A stretch of DNA of 64,000 bases from the human T2T-CHM13v2.0 reference genome, Homo sapiens: assembly GCF_009914755.1 (NCBI RefSeq), contig NC_060941.1. The stretch is one strand, 5' to 3'. This document shows, piece by piece, positions 27,129 to 45,582 of this stretch. Positions within the stretch are counted from its first letter, which is position 1. Every line of letters starts with the position of its first letter. The notes under the pieces were generated by a model. The model saw nothing but the letters and a program-made list of their open reading frames with translations. It was not told where the DNA came from and searched no databases. A program made the position numbers and the translations under genes.

Positions 27129-30100
27129 TAAGAGAGATGGAGGGAGCGAGAAGCGCACTTGGGCACCTGTGTGCATCTGCGCTGATGGTGGTGTGCCCAT
27201 CCGAGTGCCTGAGCTTAGGTCCCGGTGCGTGATTCTCCGCTCTTGTGCCTTTTGGGGTGATTGTAGTAGGAATGAACGACAACGGGTACCCTTGCCTGAG
27301 TAAGGGGGCTGTGGGTAGAGTGTGCTGGAACGGACGTGTCCTCGCAGCCTCATGCCCGTGTGCGTGGCGTGTGCCCTTTAGCCCGAGATTTCAGGTAGCT
27401 GCGACGGGTGACAACTTCTCTCCCAGCCCCCTACAAAAGAGACCTGGCGCGAGGGGAGCGAGGCCGTGAGATGCCAGCTGGGGCTCCTGCGGGAGCGCAC
27501 CCGGAGATCCGAGCCTGCCAGAGGCAGGCGGCGGGCGCAGAGCGGAGAAAGAGGGGCTTCTCTCCCTAGACGCTGAACGATCTAGGATCCGTCCCCGTCC
27601 CCCACCTCGGGACAGAAAGGACAGTTTGTCTAGTTTTGGAGAGAAAAAACCACTGCATAGGCCGTGCCCAAAAGCCGCTGGCCAAGTCCCCCAAGCGACT
27701 GTCTTCTGCGCCCCGATGTCTCTGTCCTCAGCGCCCCCCCCCCCACACCCGGCACCCCTGCTGTGCGTTTCGATACTGGGCGTGCTGGCGCCACAATCTC
27801 CGCTCTTGCCTCGTCTTCCTGGAAATGGCACAGAGTTCTTTGGGAAACCCTTGCTCTGAGGATCAGCGAGTTGGATGGCCAGGAGGAGGACTTTCTGTGC
27901 CAGCCGGGAGCAACCGGCTCCGCGGTCCTGACACTCGCCCCTCCATTTCTCAACCCCGTAGGCCAGCACCGCCCCGGCTTTTCCCAGGCGCTCACGCGCC
28001 GCGGTGGCCCTCAGGGGCTTTTGTCACCCTGCCAGTGGGGGCTCTCGCTCTAGCCGCACAGAGACCAAGCCGGGTTCTGCAGGCCCTGAGGGAGGTGGGG
28101 GGTGGGAAGTGAATGCGGGAAACATGATGGGGAGAGGAGAAACTGAAGCTGAGTAGGATTTAGGACCTCCCCTGATGTCGGGTCGCCATCCCAACACTCA
28201 TTTCTTGGGCTGGTAATCACAGCCCCTATGTAAAAGGGGGGCGGGGGGGGCAGGTGCGTAAGACCATTCTCACCCTCCTCTCTACAGAGCCTGGACATGG
28301 TTCAGAGGAAACCAACCACTAGCCATTTCCAGCATCTAACAATTCTTGGGCTGGAAAAACAAAGAATGCAGAAAACGAAACTTCCTTGTACATTTAATTT
28401 AACCACAATTCATCTAGAATTGTCTGCCTGGCATTGGAATATTCTTTCTCTGAAACAAAAATGAAACAGAAGTCTCTGGAAGACCTTAAGCGGCTGACTT
28501 CTTTGTTAAATAAGACTCCCCATGATTTAAGCTCATTTCTTGCTTAGAGGAGCCTTCCCACTCTCAGCCGGCTCCCCAGCCTCCCACCTCCACCACCTTC
28601 ACCAAGACTCTGAACCCTGTCTGTTGCTACCATTAAGCAATTCTGTCCTGTTGACTCAAACTCCAGTTAAAATGACCGAGTTAGGGCTGGAAAGCAACAC
28701 TCAACCCTCTCTCATACTCCCTGCACCATCATCGTTCCTAGCCCAAAAGCTCTTAGACAGGGGCTCTGCCAACCCAGGGGGATTCCGTGTTACTCAGACA
28801 TTGGAGTGTGACCATTCATGTTATATAGATGGGCCCCTGGAAATCCCCATGATAAGGTACACTCTGATTGCAGGCAGCTTGAATAGGATTCTGGCTCTGT
28901 AGAATTAAACCAACTGACCAGATGGTTAGAAGTGATAACGAAACTACCCAAGTTAATCCAGGGATACTAACCACAGTTTCTGTACAGCTTCTGTTTTAAT
29001 TGCTGCCAGTCTATGCTTTTTTACGCAATGCAGACATGAAATTCCAGGTGCCTCAAATACTTCACAAAATGGTCAGCCACAAAGCCCAGATCTCACTTCA
29101 CAGACAGTTGTGTGGTAGGGAAATGAGCACAGAAGGAACGAGCAATGCACCTGGCAGTTCAGAATCAATCAGAAGCAAAGGTGAGCAAGGATCCTCAAGT
29201 ACTTGTTGCTGGCCAAGTCTCCTTTAACTGATCTGCAGTCTTTCCAAGGATTAAGAAGTAATCTTCCATCTACACCCAGGCACCAGGAAAAGGACCTAGC
29301 TCAGGGGAAATGTGTCAGCCAGGTGAATTAGTCCCACTCTGCTGAACACACCACCCTTTGAACATCTCGCCTCTTCCTAGATTGGCCTCTTTGCTGTCCT
29401 CCTGCTTCACTCTTCATATACCCAAGACCCAGCTCAAACACTTCTCTTTGGAAGCCTCCTCTGAGTCCCCCAGGAAAGGAAGGCATTCTTAAGTCCTTCA
29501 TTTATCTCTCGTGCAATGCCCACCCTATATGAGCTGGCTTCCTTTCCTATCTCCCCTTTTAAATTATCACCTCCTAGAGGGCACTGGCCAAGTTTGTTCA
29601 TTTCTACATCCCTGCTGTCAGCACAAAGAAGCCTCCTCTCCAGGCCCCCAACCCCCGTGATATTTTTTGAATGGCTGTATATCAATCATTTAATTATGGG
29701 ATGAACTATTGTTTTAGATCTTAAGCCAAGCCAATAGTGCTCCAATTATTTTCTCAGCAAGGAAGTAACACAGGAGTCAGTTGCTTCAAACCAAAGCCCA
29801 GTTATCAGCCGTTCGGTCTCTAGGCCACTGAGGAGCAGAGGGGATGCCTTGAGACGTGCAAAAGACTTGGGGCCAGGTGGCCTGTGTTCACATCCCAGCT
29901 CCACCAATTATGTGCAAGAGAATGGGGTGAGCTCCTTAAACTCTCTTAAGCCTCAGTTTCCACATCTCTAAAATGGGGGTAATTATCCCTACCACCTAGG
30001 ACAGTTGGGGAGATCAAGGGACTCGTGAGTGTGAATGAATTATATCAGTACTGGAAGCCTTCTGCTTACTTCTGTGAAAGAGCTTGTGTCCCACACCTGC

Positions 30101-31019
30101 TTCCCGTTTTTGTCCGTAATTAGAAAATGGCAGGCAAATTCTCTGGAGTGTTACAGCACTTGGGAGCAGCATCCCCTTAGGGACTTTGGGAAAGAGCTCT
30201 TGAGGAAGTCAAGCATTAGGTATTGGAAAACAAAAATAGAAGAAAAACAAAAAATAAACTGAAGCCTACATTTCAAAAATGAAAGCAAACCAGACTTTTA
30301 TTTTTAATACTGAAGACTATAAATTGTTTCACCACGTAGGTAGATTTCAATAAATCAGAGATAATGAGATGGTAGAGGAAAACATGGGGGGAAACAACTT
30401 ACGAGGTTCCCATTATGAGCCCAACGCAAGGCTAGGCATTTTCACATATATTCCATCATTTAACCTTCATGACGCCCCCATGTGAAGAAATAAGAGTCAG
30501 AACCATTAAGGACCAGGCATGTGGTCACACGGGCTCAGCAGTGGAACCCGGTTTGTTCTGCCTCTAGAGTCTGGGTTTTTTCCACTATGGCATTTTCAGA
30601 ATGGAAAGACTCCAAGGCAGTCAGCAAGTCAGCATAGATTTCCTGGTAGGGAAGAGGCCAGGAATGTCAGTGTCAGACCCTTCTGAGGTCAGGCGCTGAA
30701 CTTCTCCAAGCTCTGCCTTTCTGCAGTTTAGATCAGTCAACTTCTTAGGGGTCAAAGTATGTGCTTTTTGAAGCCACAGCCCTCCCCGACATGTGCGTCA
30801 GCAGATGATGGCTGAACCCAAACCCTTCCCTACTATTGGAAAAACAACTCAAAAAGTCTGCACACTGATGAGGAACTCTAGAGCTTAATGTTGATGTGGA
30901 AAGATAATACATTTTTCAATTTAAGAGTATGTCTGAGAGGCTAAGCCAGAAATGTGTAAATTTGGTGAGAGTTTAAACAGCCTGTGACCGACGGGCCAAT
31001 CTTCCTCTTTTCCTTCCAG

Positions 31020-31111
31020 ATGTCACACTGGATCCTTGGCCTCCAGGGTCCATTAAGGTGAGAATAAGATCTCTGGGCTGGCTGGAACTAGCCTAAGACT
31101 GAAAAGCAGCC
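31020..31111 (+). other. SSTR2: SSTR2 exon 2, 5'UTR portion
   Basis: Polypyrimidine tract cttcctcttttccttcCAG (AG at 31018-31019) immediately upstream, then 92 nt to the main ATG. Confidence 0.85.
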
Positions 31112-32221
31112 ATGGACATGGCGGATGAGCCACTCAATGGAAGCCACACATGGCTATCCATTCCATTTGACCTCAATGGCTCTGTGGTGTCAACCAACAC
31201 CTCAAACCAGACAGAGCCGTACTATGACCTGACAAGCAATGCAGTCCTCACATTCATCTATTTTGTGGTCTGCATCATTGGGTTGTGTGGCAACACACTT
31301 GTCATTTATGTCATCCTCCGCTATGCCAAGATGAAGACCATCACCAACATTTACATCCTCAACCTGGCCATCGCAGATGAGCTCTTCATGCTGGGTCTGC
31401 CTTTCTTGGCTATGCAGGTGGCTCTGGTCCACTGGCCCTTTGGCAAGGCCATTTGCCGGGTGGTCATGACTGTGGATGGCATCAATCAGTTCACCAGCAT
31501 CTTCTGCCTGACAGTCATGAGCATCGACCGATACCTGGCTGTGGTCCACCCCATCAAGTCGGCCAAGTGGAGGAGACCCCGGACGGCCAAGATGATCACC
31601 ATGGCTGTGTGGGGAGTCTCTCTGCTGGTCATCTTGCCCATCATGATATATGCTGGGCTCCGGAGCAACCAGTGGGGGAGAAGCAGCTGCACCATCAACT
31701 GGCCAGGTGAATCTGGGGCTTGGTACACAGGGTTCATCATCTACACTTTCATTCTGGGGTTCCTGGTACCCCTCACCATCATCTGTCTTTGCTACCTGTT
31801 CATTATCATCAAGGTGAAGTCCTCTGGAATCCGAGTGGGCTCCTCTAAGAGGAAGAAGTCTGAGAAGAAGGTCACCCGAATGGTGTCCATCGTGGTGGCT
31901 GTCTTCATCTTCTGCTGGCTTCCCTTCTACATATTCAACGTTTCTTCCGTCTCCATGGCCATCAGCCCCACCCCAGCCCTTAAAGGCATGTTTGACTTTG
32001 TGGTGGTCCTCACCTATGCTAACAGCTGTGCCAACCCTATCCTATATGCCTTCTTGTCTGACAACTTCAAGAAGAGCTTCCAGAATGTCCTCTGCTTGGT
32101 CAAGGTGAGCGGCACAGATGATGGGGAGCGGAGTGACAGTAAGCAGGACAAATCCCGGCTGAATGAGACCACGGAGACCCAGAGGACCCTCCTCAATGGA
32201 GACCTCCAAACCAGTATCTGA
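31112..32221 (+). CDS. SSTR2: Somatostatin receptor type 2 (sst2A), single coding exon, 369 aa class A GPCR
   Basis: [19 protein letters not shown]...; seven hydrophobic helices; GN (TM1), LAIAD (TM2), DRY, CWLP and NPILY motifs; C-terminal PDZ ligand QTSI; Kozak gccATGg. Confidence 0.99.
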
Positions 32222-32445
32222 ACTGCTTGGGGGGTGGGAAAGAACCAAGCCATGCTCTGTCTACTGGCAATGGGCTCCCTACCCACACTGGCTTCCTGCC
32301 TCCCACCCCTCACACCTGGCTTCTAGAATAGAGGATTGCTCAGCATGAGTCCAATTCAGAGAACGGTGTTTGAGTCAGCTTGTCTGATTGAATGATAATG
32401 TGCTAAATTGATTACCTCCCCCTTAAAGCGAACACTGAAATGCAG

Positions 32446-32523
32446 GTAGACAATTCAAAGTCTGGAGAAGAGGGATCATGCCTGGATATGATCTTTAGAA
32501 ACAACAAAAATAGAAAAAAATAA
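32446..32523 (+). CDS. SSTR2: Alternative sst2B C-terminus VDNSKSGEEGSCLDMIFRNNKNRKK*, joined to 31112-32104 via intron 32105-32445 (356 aa)
   Basis: Donor AAG|GTGAGC at 32104/32105 and acceptor TGCAG| at 32445 are in frame; 331+25 codons; the peptide matches the sst2B tail as I recall it. Confidence 0.75.
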   Translation, partial: VDNSKSGEEGSCLDMIFRNNKNRKK

Positions 32524-32725
32524 GTATCTGTGTGTTTGTGTATTGAAAACTCAATATGTAATCTTGTGTTTTTATATGTATACTTGTATATTCCTATTTA
32601 TTCTCTGTATAGGCATTACCTACGTTCCTGTGTTTACATACACAAGTAGCAAATTCGAGTATGCATAGTGTAGATGGACATTTGCCACAACACACTGCCC
32701 GCAGAAATGGACTTACCGTGAAGCC

Positions 32726-32731
32726 AATAAA
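32726..32731 (+). terminator. Proximal SSTR2 polyadenylation signal AATAAA
   Basis: Canonical hexamer ~500 nt after the stop, preceded by several TGTA (UGUA) elements. Confidence 0.6.
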
Positions 32732-33396
32732 GTTCAAGCTTCAGGGATCTCTCTTGCACGGGCCTTGCCAAGGCCCAGGAGGGACTTGGGCAGTATGTTC
32801 ATGTGGTCATATGTTTTTGTAAAAAATTGTGAAAGTAAGATATGTTTGTATTGTTTTTCTTAAAGAGGAACCTCGTATAAGCTTCAAGCCTCACAAACCT
32901 TCTAGCCTCTGCCCTTGGGGATTTGCTTCATTAATTTCAGGCAAGTGAGGTCAATGTAAGAAGGGAAAGGGAGAAGATATTTGAAGAACCAGAATGTAAA
33001 TTCATGTGTTTCCACTTCTCAGATATAGTCAGAGAATTATTCATTTGCCCAAAAGGACTTAAGTGGTTGTGGTCATCCATCATTGTATTTATCAAGACAA
33101 AGCCAACTTTGTTATAAGATTGCATTTTTTTCTTTTCAAATTGCTTTAGTTTTTCTTAGGGAGCTATGAGGGGGAAAAATCACTAACATGAAAGGCAAAA
33201 AATGGACTATGATTCCTGTGGGGAAACAATTTCATTCTCTCCATCGTGAAAATAAGTGAATAAGAGTGAAGCAAAATTACACCTTTATGAGAAACCATAA
33301 AATTGTTTTTATTTTTCAGGCCAGACATAGCTTCCTAATGAAAGAAAATGGAAATGTAATTCGACGACTCCTCAAAGGGGACTTTAGAGGACTTCA

Positions 33397-37501
<4,105 letters not shown>

Positions 37502-38100
37502 TGATCCTGCTAGGCCTGGAAGCAGGAAAGAAATGTCCTGGTTAGAGATAAAATTGTTCTATCCTTTTAGAAAAGCCTGTTAAGGAATATGATGCAAAGC
37601 CACCTTCGACGAAATCTGAAATGATACCCCACAGCCTTGTCCACCCCAATTATTCAGTGACAGGGCTCCAGTTGCTTAAGCCATAGAGAAGGCCCCTTTG
37701 CAGTGGGAGTCACTGAAGACAGAAAGGGAAGCCCAGGATGAACCCAGTCCTAAGGGCTGCTGGGGGCCACCAAATAAGACTGTTTTAGCCCTGGACACAG
37801 AGGGAGACACAGTCATCCCAGATCCTTACAAAGAATACATTGCCAAGGACCCCGAAGGAAATCTGCTTGTCTTAAGAGAGGAAGACCCACGACCAGCTCT
37901 CTGGGACTACCTGTCAACTCAGCAGGTGCAGCCAGGGAGCAGCCATGCTTCTTCTGCCCTCCCAGTAGGCTGGGCTATCAGTTCCTGGGAGGGGTCCTGT
38001 CCCCATGTAAGGGGATATGTACATTGCTGAGTACGCTGATATCTTTTTCATGGGTATGATTTTTTAACAAGAAAGCTAAATGGTTCTCGTGTAACATAAC

Positions 38101-38474
38101 TGATATAGTTTGGCTGTGTCCCCACCCAAATCTTATCTTGAACTGCAGCTCCCATAATCCCCAGGTGTTGTGGGAGGGACCCAGTGGGAGGTAATTGAAT
38201 CATGGGGGTGGTTACCGCCATGCTGTTCTCGTGATAGCGAGTGAGTTCTCACGAGATCTGATGGTTTTATAAGGGGCTTTCCCCCTCCTTCGCTCTGCAC
38301 TTCTCCTTGCTGCCATGCGAAGAAGGATGTGTTTGCTTCCCCTTCTGCCATGATTGTAAGTTTCCTGAGGCCTCCCCAGCCATGTTAAACTTTGAGTTAA
38401 TTAAACCTCTTTCCTTTATAAATTACCCAGTCTTGCGTATGTCTTTATTAGCAGTGTGAGAATGGACTAATACA
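38101..38474 (+). mobile_element. THE1-type MaLR solo LTR
   Basis: TGATATAGTTTGGCTGTGTCCCCACCCAAATC...GGACTAATACA; perfect 5-bp TSD ATAAC (38096-38100 / 38475-38479). Confidence 0.92.
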
Positions 38475-38980
38475 ATAACCAAGGCTTGGTGGCTTTCTCA
38501 ACATTAACCAGCATCCCAGTTCTCAGGAGACATGGATGGTGTTCTAAGGCTCTCAAGTTCCCAACTTGTACCTTCACTCTAGTTTGTGCTCCCAAGCACA
38601 TGCACACATAAACACACACGTAATGTACATGCATATAGGTGGCATGACAGAACACATGTGTGATGCTTCACATGTATGTCACCCTCCCCTTGTCCACTGC
38701 CCTGCTCCAGCCCATTTCCATGGCTCAGTCTACATCTGCTCATCTTGTTTGCTTAAGTACCATGCATGTGAAAGACATGCTCACGTGTGTGTGATATTCA
38801 TGCACATACATGTTAGGCACACGTGATGCACATGTGTACATGGGAGGCATGTGTGTGATGTGTACACACAGTATACATCCTGTATTGCCTCGGCAAGACC
38901 TCAATGCAGAGATTCTCCAGCAGCTTTAAACAGAGGGTGATAAATATAATTTGACTAACTCATCTCAAATCTAGGGATAG

Positions 38981-39262
<282 letters not shown>

Positions 39263-40991
39263 TGAGCCACCCCGCCTGGCCAGTTAGTCATTTTTTCTAG
39301 ACTGCTGCCACGATAGGGAGGAGGACATTATGCATAAACTAGTTTTTTACCCAGAGAATTCCATGCTAGATCACAGACTGCATGCCTAGCATGCCCAGCC
39401 CCAGCCAGCTGTCCCTGCCTCAATTCAACACCACCAGCAAAAAGGGTTGGCAAAAGGGTGTGACGGCTTCCTGCAAATCACCCCCACCGGTCCATTGGCA
39501 TGAAGCACTTATACTGCTAACAGCAACATTTTTGCATAAGAAAAATGATATAATTTCTTCATAGAAAAATCACTGAAAATAATTCTTAAATTGAGTCTCA
39601 TCAATGACAGCATCTTAACAGACATTTCTTCCCCCTGGTCCCCCGGACCATGCTTCTTAATACAAATCCAAGGCTGAACCCTATGGGGAAGCTGTGATAC
39701 TCTGCCAGTGAGAAAATGAATGGCCGCTGTCTTCCTTGCCCGTGAGCACACCTCCGCAAAAGAGTCTCTTAAACAGAAAGGAAACCTTCCCTTTGTCCAT
39801 GGTCCTGCTTGTTCATTTCCGTGGCTTGGGATATCTACCTTGGCTCATCTTGTTTGCTTAAGTATCAGCCAGTGTGTGATGGAGAAGAGAGTATTGTTAT
39901 GTCTTCCTCTGAGGAACAGAAGTCTGATCTCCAGGGTTCATTCTCAAGATTAATTAAAGCTAGCCTAGTCTCAGCTGTGCTGCCAGCCCAGCGTGCTAGA
40001 CACTCACAGAGCAAAGGCTTGGGTGGAAGGAAGACTTACTTTTTTTGCCTTCAGCTTAAGCACTTTTTGGCAGATGAAAATCCTGTCCTAAATATCTCTT
40101 CCAAACTCCCAGGTGGTTGGGCTCGGGAGATGACAGACCACAGCTGTTCCACTTTTTTTCTCTGCACCTTCACGTGACCACCTGTCTCCAAGGGTTTGCA
40201 AGCTCAAAGGTAGCAGAACATGCAACTTCAGCCATACCATGTGGCCTCCTCGAAGGTCTGTCTTTGCAGCCCAGGAAACCTATTGCTTCTTGGTTTTAAA
40301 TGGAACATTTCTAGTCCAGCTGAGCCGACACAAAATCTGGTTGGATATCAGTAATATGGTTCTGGGATGTTGGGCAGACATGGAAATGGGTATTTACAGA
40401 GTTTGGGACTTTGAGGGCTTCCTTCCTGCCTCCAGGACCAATAAAGTAAATGTTAATTGCTGGAGAAGAACCAAGGTGAGGCACTGATGTGGCAGGCTGC
40501 TTCAGCAGTGACGTCTGTTTTCAGAGATCAGCTTCACCTTAGAGAGTGTCAAGGTCAGTGGAGGCCCACTTTGCTCTCAGCAAAGTCAAGACAGGAGACC
40601 AGCTGCCTTTGAGCAGGGAGTCTCACATGTTTAAAATTTAGCAATTAGAGTTTGTTTCCTTTAACTATGCCCTTGATCTGTCTTTCAAAACAATGTCCCC
40701 TTATAGTTTATATTTAAAATTTTAACTTCAGCACTTTGGAAGGCCGAGGCAGGAAGATTGCTTGAGCCTAGCAGTTCGAGACCAGCCTGGGCAACACAGA
40801 GGACCCTCACCTCTACAAAAAAAAATTTAAAAATCAGCCACGTGTAGTGGTGAACACCTGTACTCTCAGCTGCTTGGGAGGCTGAGGCAGGAGGATAACT
40901 TGAACCTGGGAGGTTGAAGCTGCAGCGATCCACGATTATGCCATTGCACTCCAACCTGGGTGACAGAGAGAGACTCTGTCTCTAAAAATAA

Positions 40992-41208
<217 letters not shown>

Positions 41209-42120
41209 TAGTAGAGACAGGGTTTCACCATGCTGGTCAGGCTGGTCTTGAATGCCGGACCTCAAGTGATCCACCCACCTTGGCCTTAAAATCCCTTTTT
41301 AAAGAGGCATTTGAGAATTCCACAATATTTCCTTTAAACAACTCGAAAGGGACACTTTGTTTTCATAAAATGCGGTTGGGAAGCAATTTCGAAAGAGTCA
41401 ACAAAGGCATTTCATCCCAGGGTGGATGGAGCAGAGCCGGGTCTCATTCTTTTTCTCCATCTCTCCCTCCTTTTGGTCTTGCCTGCCCTTTGACAGAAAC
41501 AATTTAATATGTAGCTGAGCAGGGGAAAAGGGCTCCTAGTTAGAAAAGCCAGTTAAGACAGGGTTCCCATTAACTTGGAGGGGTCAACCAGCCAGCTTAG
41601 CCAGCTCACAGAGGTCTCATATGTGTGCTCTGATTGCCAACAAAAAGTAGCAGCAGACAATTCAAGGGGAAAGACCCAGGAAAGTCTCCACTCCAGGGTC
41701 TAACAACCTGAGAGCCATCTCATCAGTAAAGAGCAGGGCGTGGAGTACAGGGAGCTGACATTTAGACTGGTTAAAAGCTAGTATAATCTGAACAGCGCAT
41801 TGTTCCTGAAGCCTACCTACTCCTGATTTCATAGCTAATCTATCCATCACTCTCTGGCTGTCACTCACCCATAAACAACAGTGGATTTTTATAAACAGTA
41901 GATCAATCATGATCAAAGGAAACTGAACACTCTTTCCACATGGCTCCCACACACACCTCACCCTGCTCTGTCCTTTTGGGTGGTGCTGAGAAGCCTTTGA
42001 GATCACCCCAGTCTTTGAGGACTAAATGGAGACAAGGAAGCTTGGGACATCCAGGAAAAGTCTTCAGCAGCCCTGACTGCAAAAACAGTTTCAATTATGT
42101 GATGTGATTGGTGGTTTTAA

Positions 42121-42510
<390 letters not shown>

Positions 42511-43115
42511 TAATAATATGTCATCTCTGCATGTCCAGTATTTCGATAAAACAGTTAAAACTGCATTTGCCTTCTAATGAGACTTTGTGACTGGCTGTGT
42601 TTCTCTGTCAGATGAATTTACCTTCCTATTTGCTGTTAAAAGTGATTGTATAATCCTAATCCTAGAAAACAAGCAGCAAATGTTTCTTTTTAGTGACTTT
42701 TTAAAAAATTTACAAGTGTACCATTTTATAGCTATCTTCACACAAAATCACATTCTCAATCAAAGAGACTCAGATCGAAGTCTGTTCATTAGGCCAGCTA
42801 CGTGAACTCACCTCTGTCCCCTGCCTCTGAAAAATATCCTACATGCTCAGGAAAGAGGGCCAGAGTCCTAAGTGACATAACCTACACTTTCTAAGTTCCC
42901 TAAAGCCCTGAACTAGAAATAGGCTTTAAAATTTCACAATTTGTTTTAAAACTCTAAGCCCAACAGAAAGCCTACAAAGTCTTTTCTAGATGTTACCAAG
43001 GTCTTGGCTATCACTTGTCTGAGAGCAAAAGAAAAAAACAAAAGAAAAACCTTGAAAATTGGCAACTACTGGTGAATCCCATTTTGTCCACAGACTGATT
43101 TTTTTTTTTTTTTAA

Positions 43116-43277
<162 letters not shown>

Positions 43278-43766
43278 TAGTAGAGACGGGTTTTGCCATG
43301 TTGGCCAGGCTGGTCTCAAACTCTTGACCTCAGGTGATCCACCCGCCTCGGCTTCTCAAAGTGCTAGGATTACAGGTGTGAGCCACCGCACCCAGCCACA
43401 GAGACTAATTTTTAATGGCCCCATCTGGTTTCTTCCAGATTTTGTAGCCTAGTTTAAACAGAATGTCTAAGTCATCGTCAAGCAGATGACAAAAGGGTGC
43501 CCTAAAAGTGCCATAAAGATGCACCAGGTCTCAGTGATAGCAAAGCTGACTATAGACAAATGCCCAGAGTTTAGAAATTAGGCCCCCAAAACCAACTTGT
43601 TACCATCTTCTCATCTTTCACTCAAATCCAAAACATAAGAAAATTCCAGTTGCTTAAGTTAGAGTAAATCAGACGCTAACATCAGAAAAAAATTAGCTGG
43701 TTGTTCACTATGTACCAAGCCCTGTTCTAAGCACTTAATATGAATCATCTCATTCAATTCCCATAA

Positions 43767-44078
<312 letters not shown>

Positions 44079-45531
44079 TAGCCAGGATGGTCTCCATCTC
44101 CTGACCTCGTGATCCGCCCACCTCGGCCTCCCGAAGTGCTGGGATTACAAGCTTGAGCCACCATGCCCAGCCAGTACCTGCACTCTTACCCACTTCTCCA
44201 CATTGCATGACCACCTACAGAAAGTGTGAGCTTGAGCAAGTGCCTGACCTTCCAGAGACCATGCTTCCTCGTTTGCAAAACAGGGATAACACCAAGTACC
44301 TCAAGGAATTCTGTAACGATCAGATGAAAAGAAATATTGAAGACAATTTGTCACATTATCAGACAAAGAGAGGTACCCAGTACATATTAGCATCCCTTCA
44401 CCTTTAATCAGAGCAAAAGAAGACCAGAAATGTTTTGGTTGTTAAACAGCTGATCATTTTCCAAAATTGCTAATATTAAACTATGGCTTCTAATCCTGCC
44501 ATCGGTAGAAAGCTTGGCCAGCACTAACAAAACCAGCCATGTGACGCAAGATGAAAGCAAATCGGAGTGCAGAAAAGTAAATGCAATTAGCTGGCTACCT
44601 GATAAGGTGGCACACGCTGCACAAAGAGTGTTCCTTTCTGGCTAGAGGACTTTACTCCTCTGTTAACCCTAATTCAATGGTCTCTACCACACGGGACCGG
44701 GAATAAACTTCCATCTCCCTAAACAGAGCTTCATCATCTTGCCAAAGCATTCTGGAAACTTAGCAGTTCGTGGTATGTTACAAATCGCTGAGCTCTTTTC
44801 CTCCTCCCTCCAGTGTGGGACCACGGTTGGCCTGGGGCCTGGCGCTCACCATAGAGAGAGGAGCGTGCAGTGAATCCTGGGTTTATCACCATCTGCACTG
44901 CTCCAGGGTCCAGCTGGAGACAGATGGCACACTCGCAAGGGCTTAGTTGAAATGAATGGAATGAAGGAGCTACATACAGAGGTGGGGGCAGGTGCAAAGG
45001 AGCCACCAAGAGACGGATGAGGTGCCTGGAGACTGGGCATGGGAATAAGGGAATACAAAGGCTTAAAAGGGACAGAAGCCTTCTCTAACTCCATGAGGAA
45101 CATTCAAAAGTCCAGACTTCACATTGTTTGACGGGGAGGGAAGGGCTGATGTTAGACATGAATATAAATATGAATGAATTCAGCATTTCTGAAACTAGAC
45201 TACATCAATCTGGTCATTTTCTTTCTCTCATTTAAGAATTGTAGGGTAACGCGTAGTTGGAATATTTACGGATTTTTTTTTTTAGCATATCAGGAAATTA
45301 CCTTATTACAAAGCTAAATTTGTGTTCAGGCACTCAATGATTATTGAGTGTCTACTGTGTGACAGAGATTGTTTTAGAAGCTGAGAATTTAGTAAGAAAG
45401 ACAAAAGGTAGAGCAGAAGACAGGTACAGTGGTGCACGCCTGTAGTCCCACCTACTTGTGAGGCTGTTGGGAGGATCCTTTGAGCCCAGCAGTTCGAGAC
45501 CAACCTGGGAAACACAGCAAGACCCTGTCTC

Positions 45532-45582
<51 letters not shown>

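Larger units (their letters stand above)
26370..28080. promoter_or_regulatory. SSTR2 CpG island / upstream promoter
   Basis: High GC and CpG density; GC box GGGGGGCGGAG ~26721-26731; CRE-like TGACGTAG 26743-26750. Confidence 0.9.

Noticed and set aside
26584-28112. Overlapping ORFs on both strands in the SSTR2 CpG island
   Set aside because: Stop depletion from high GC; no recognisable protein
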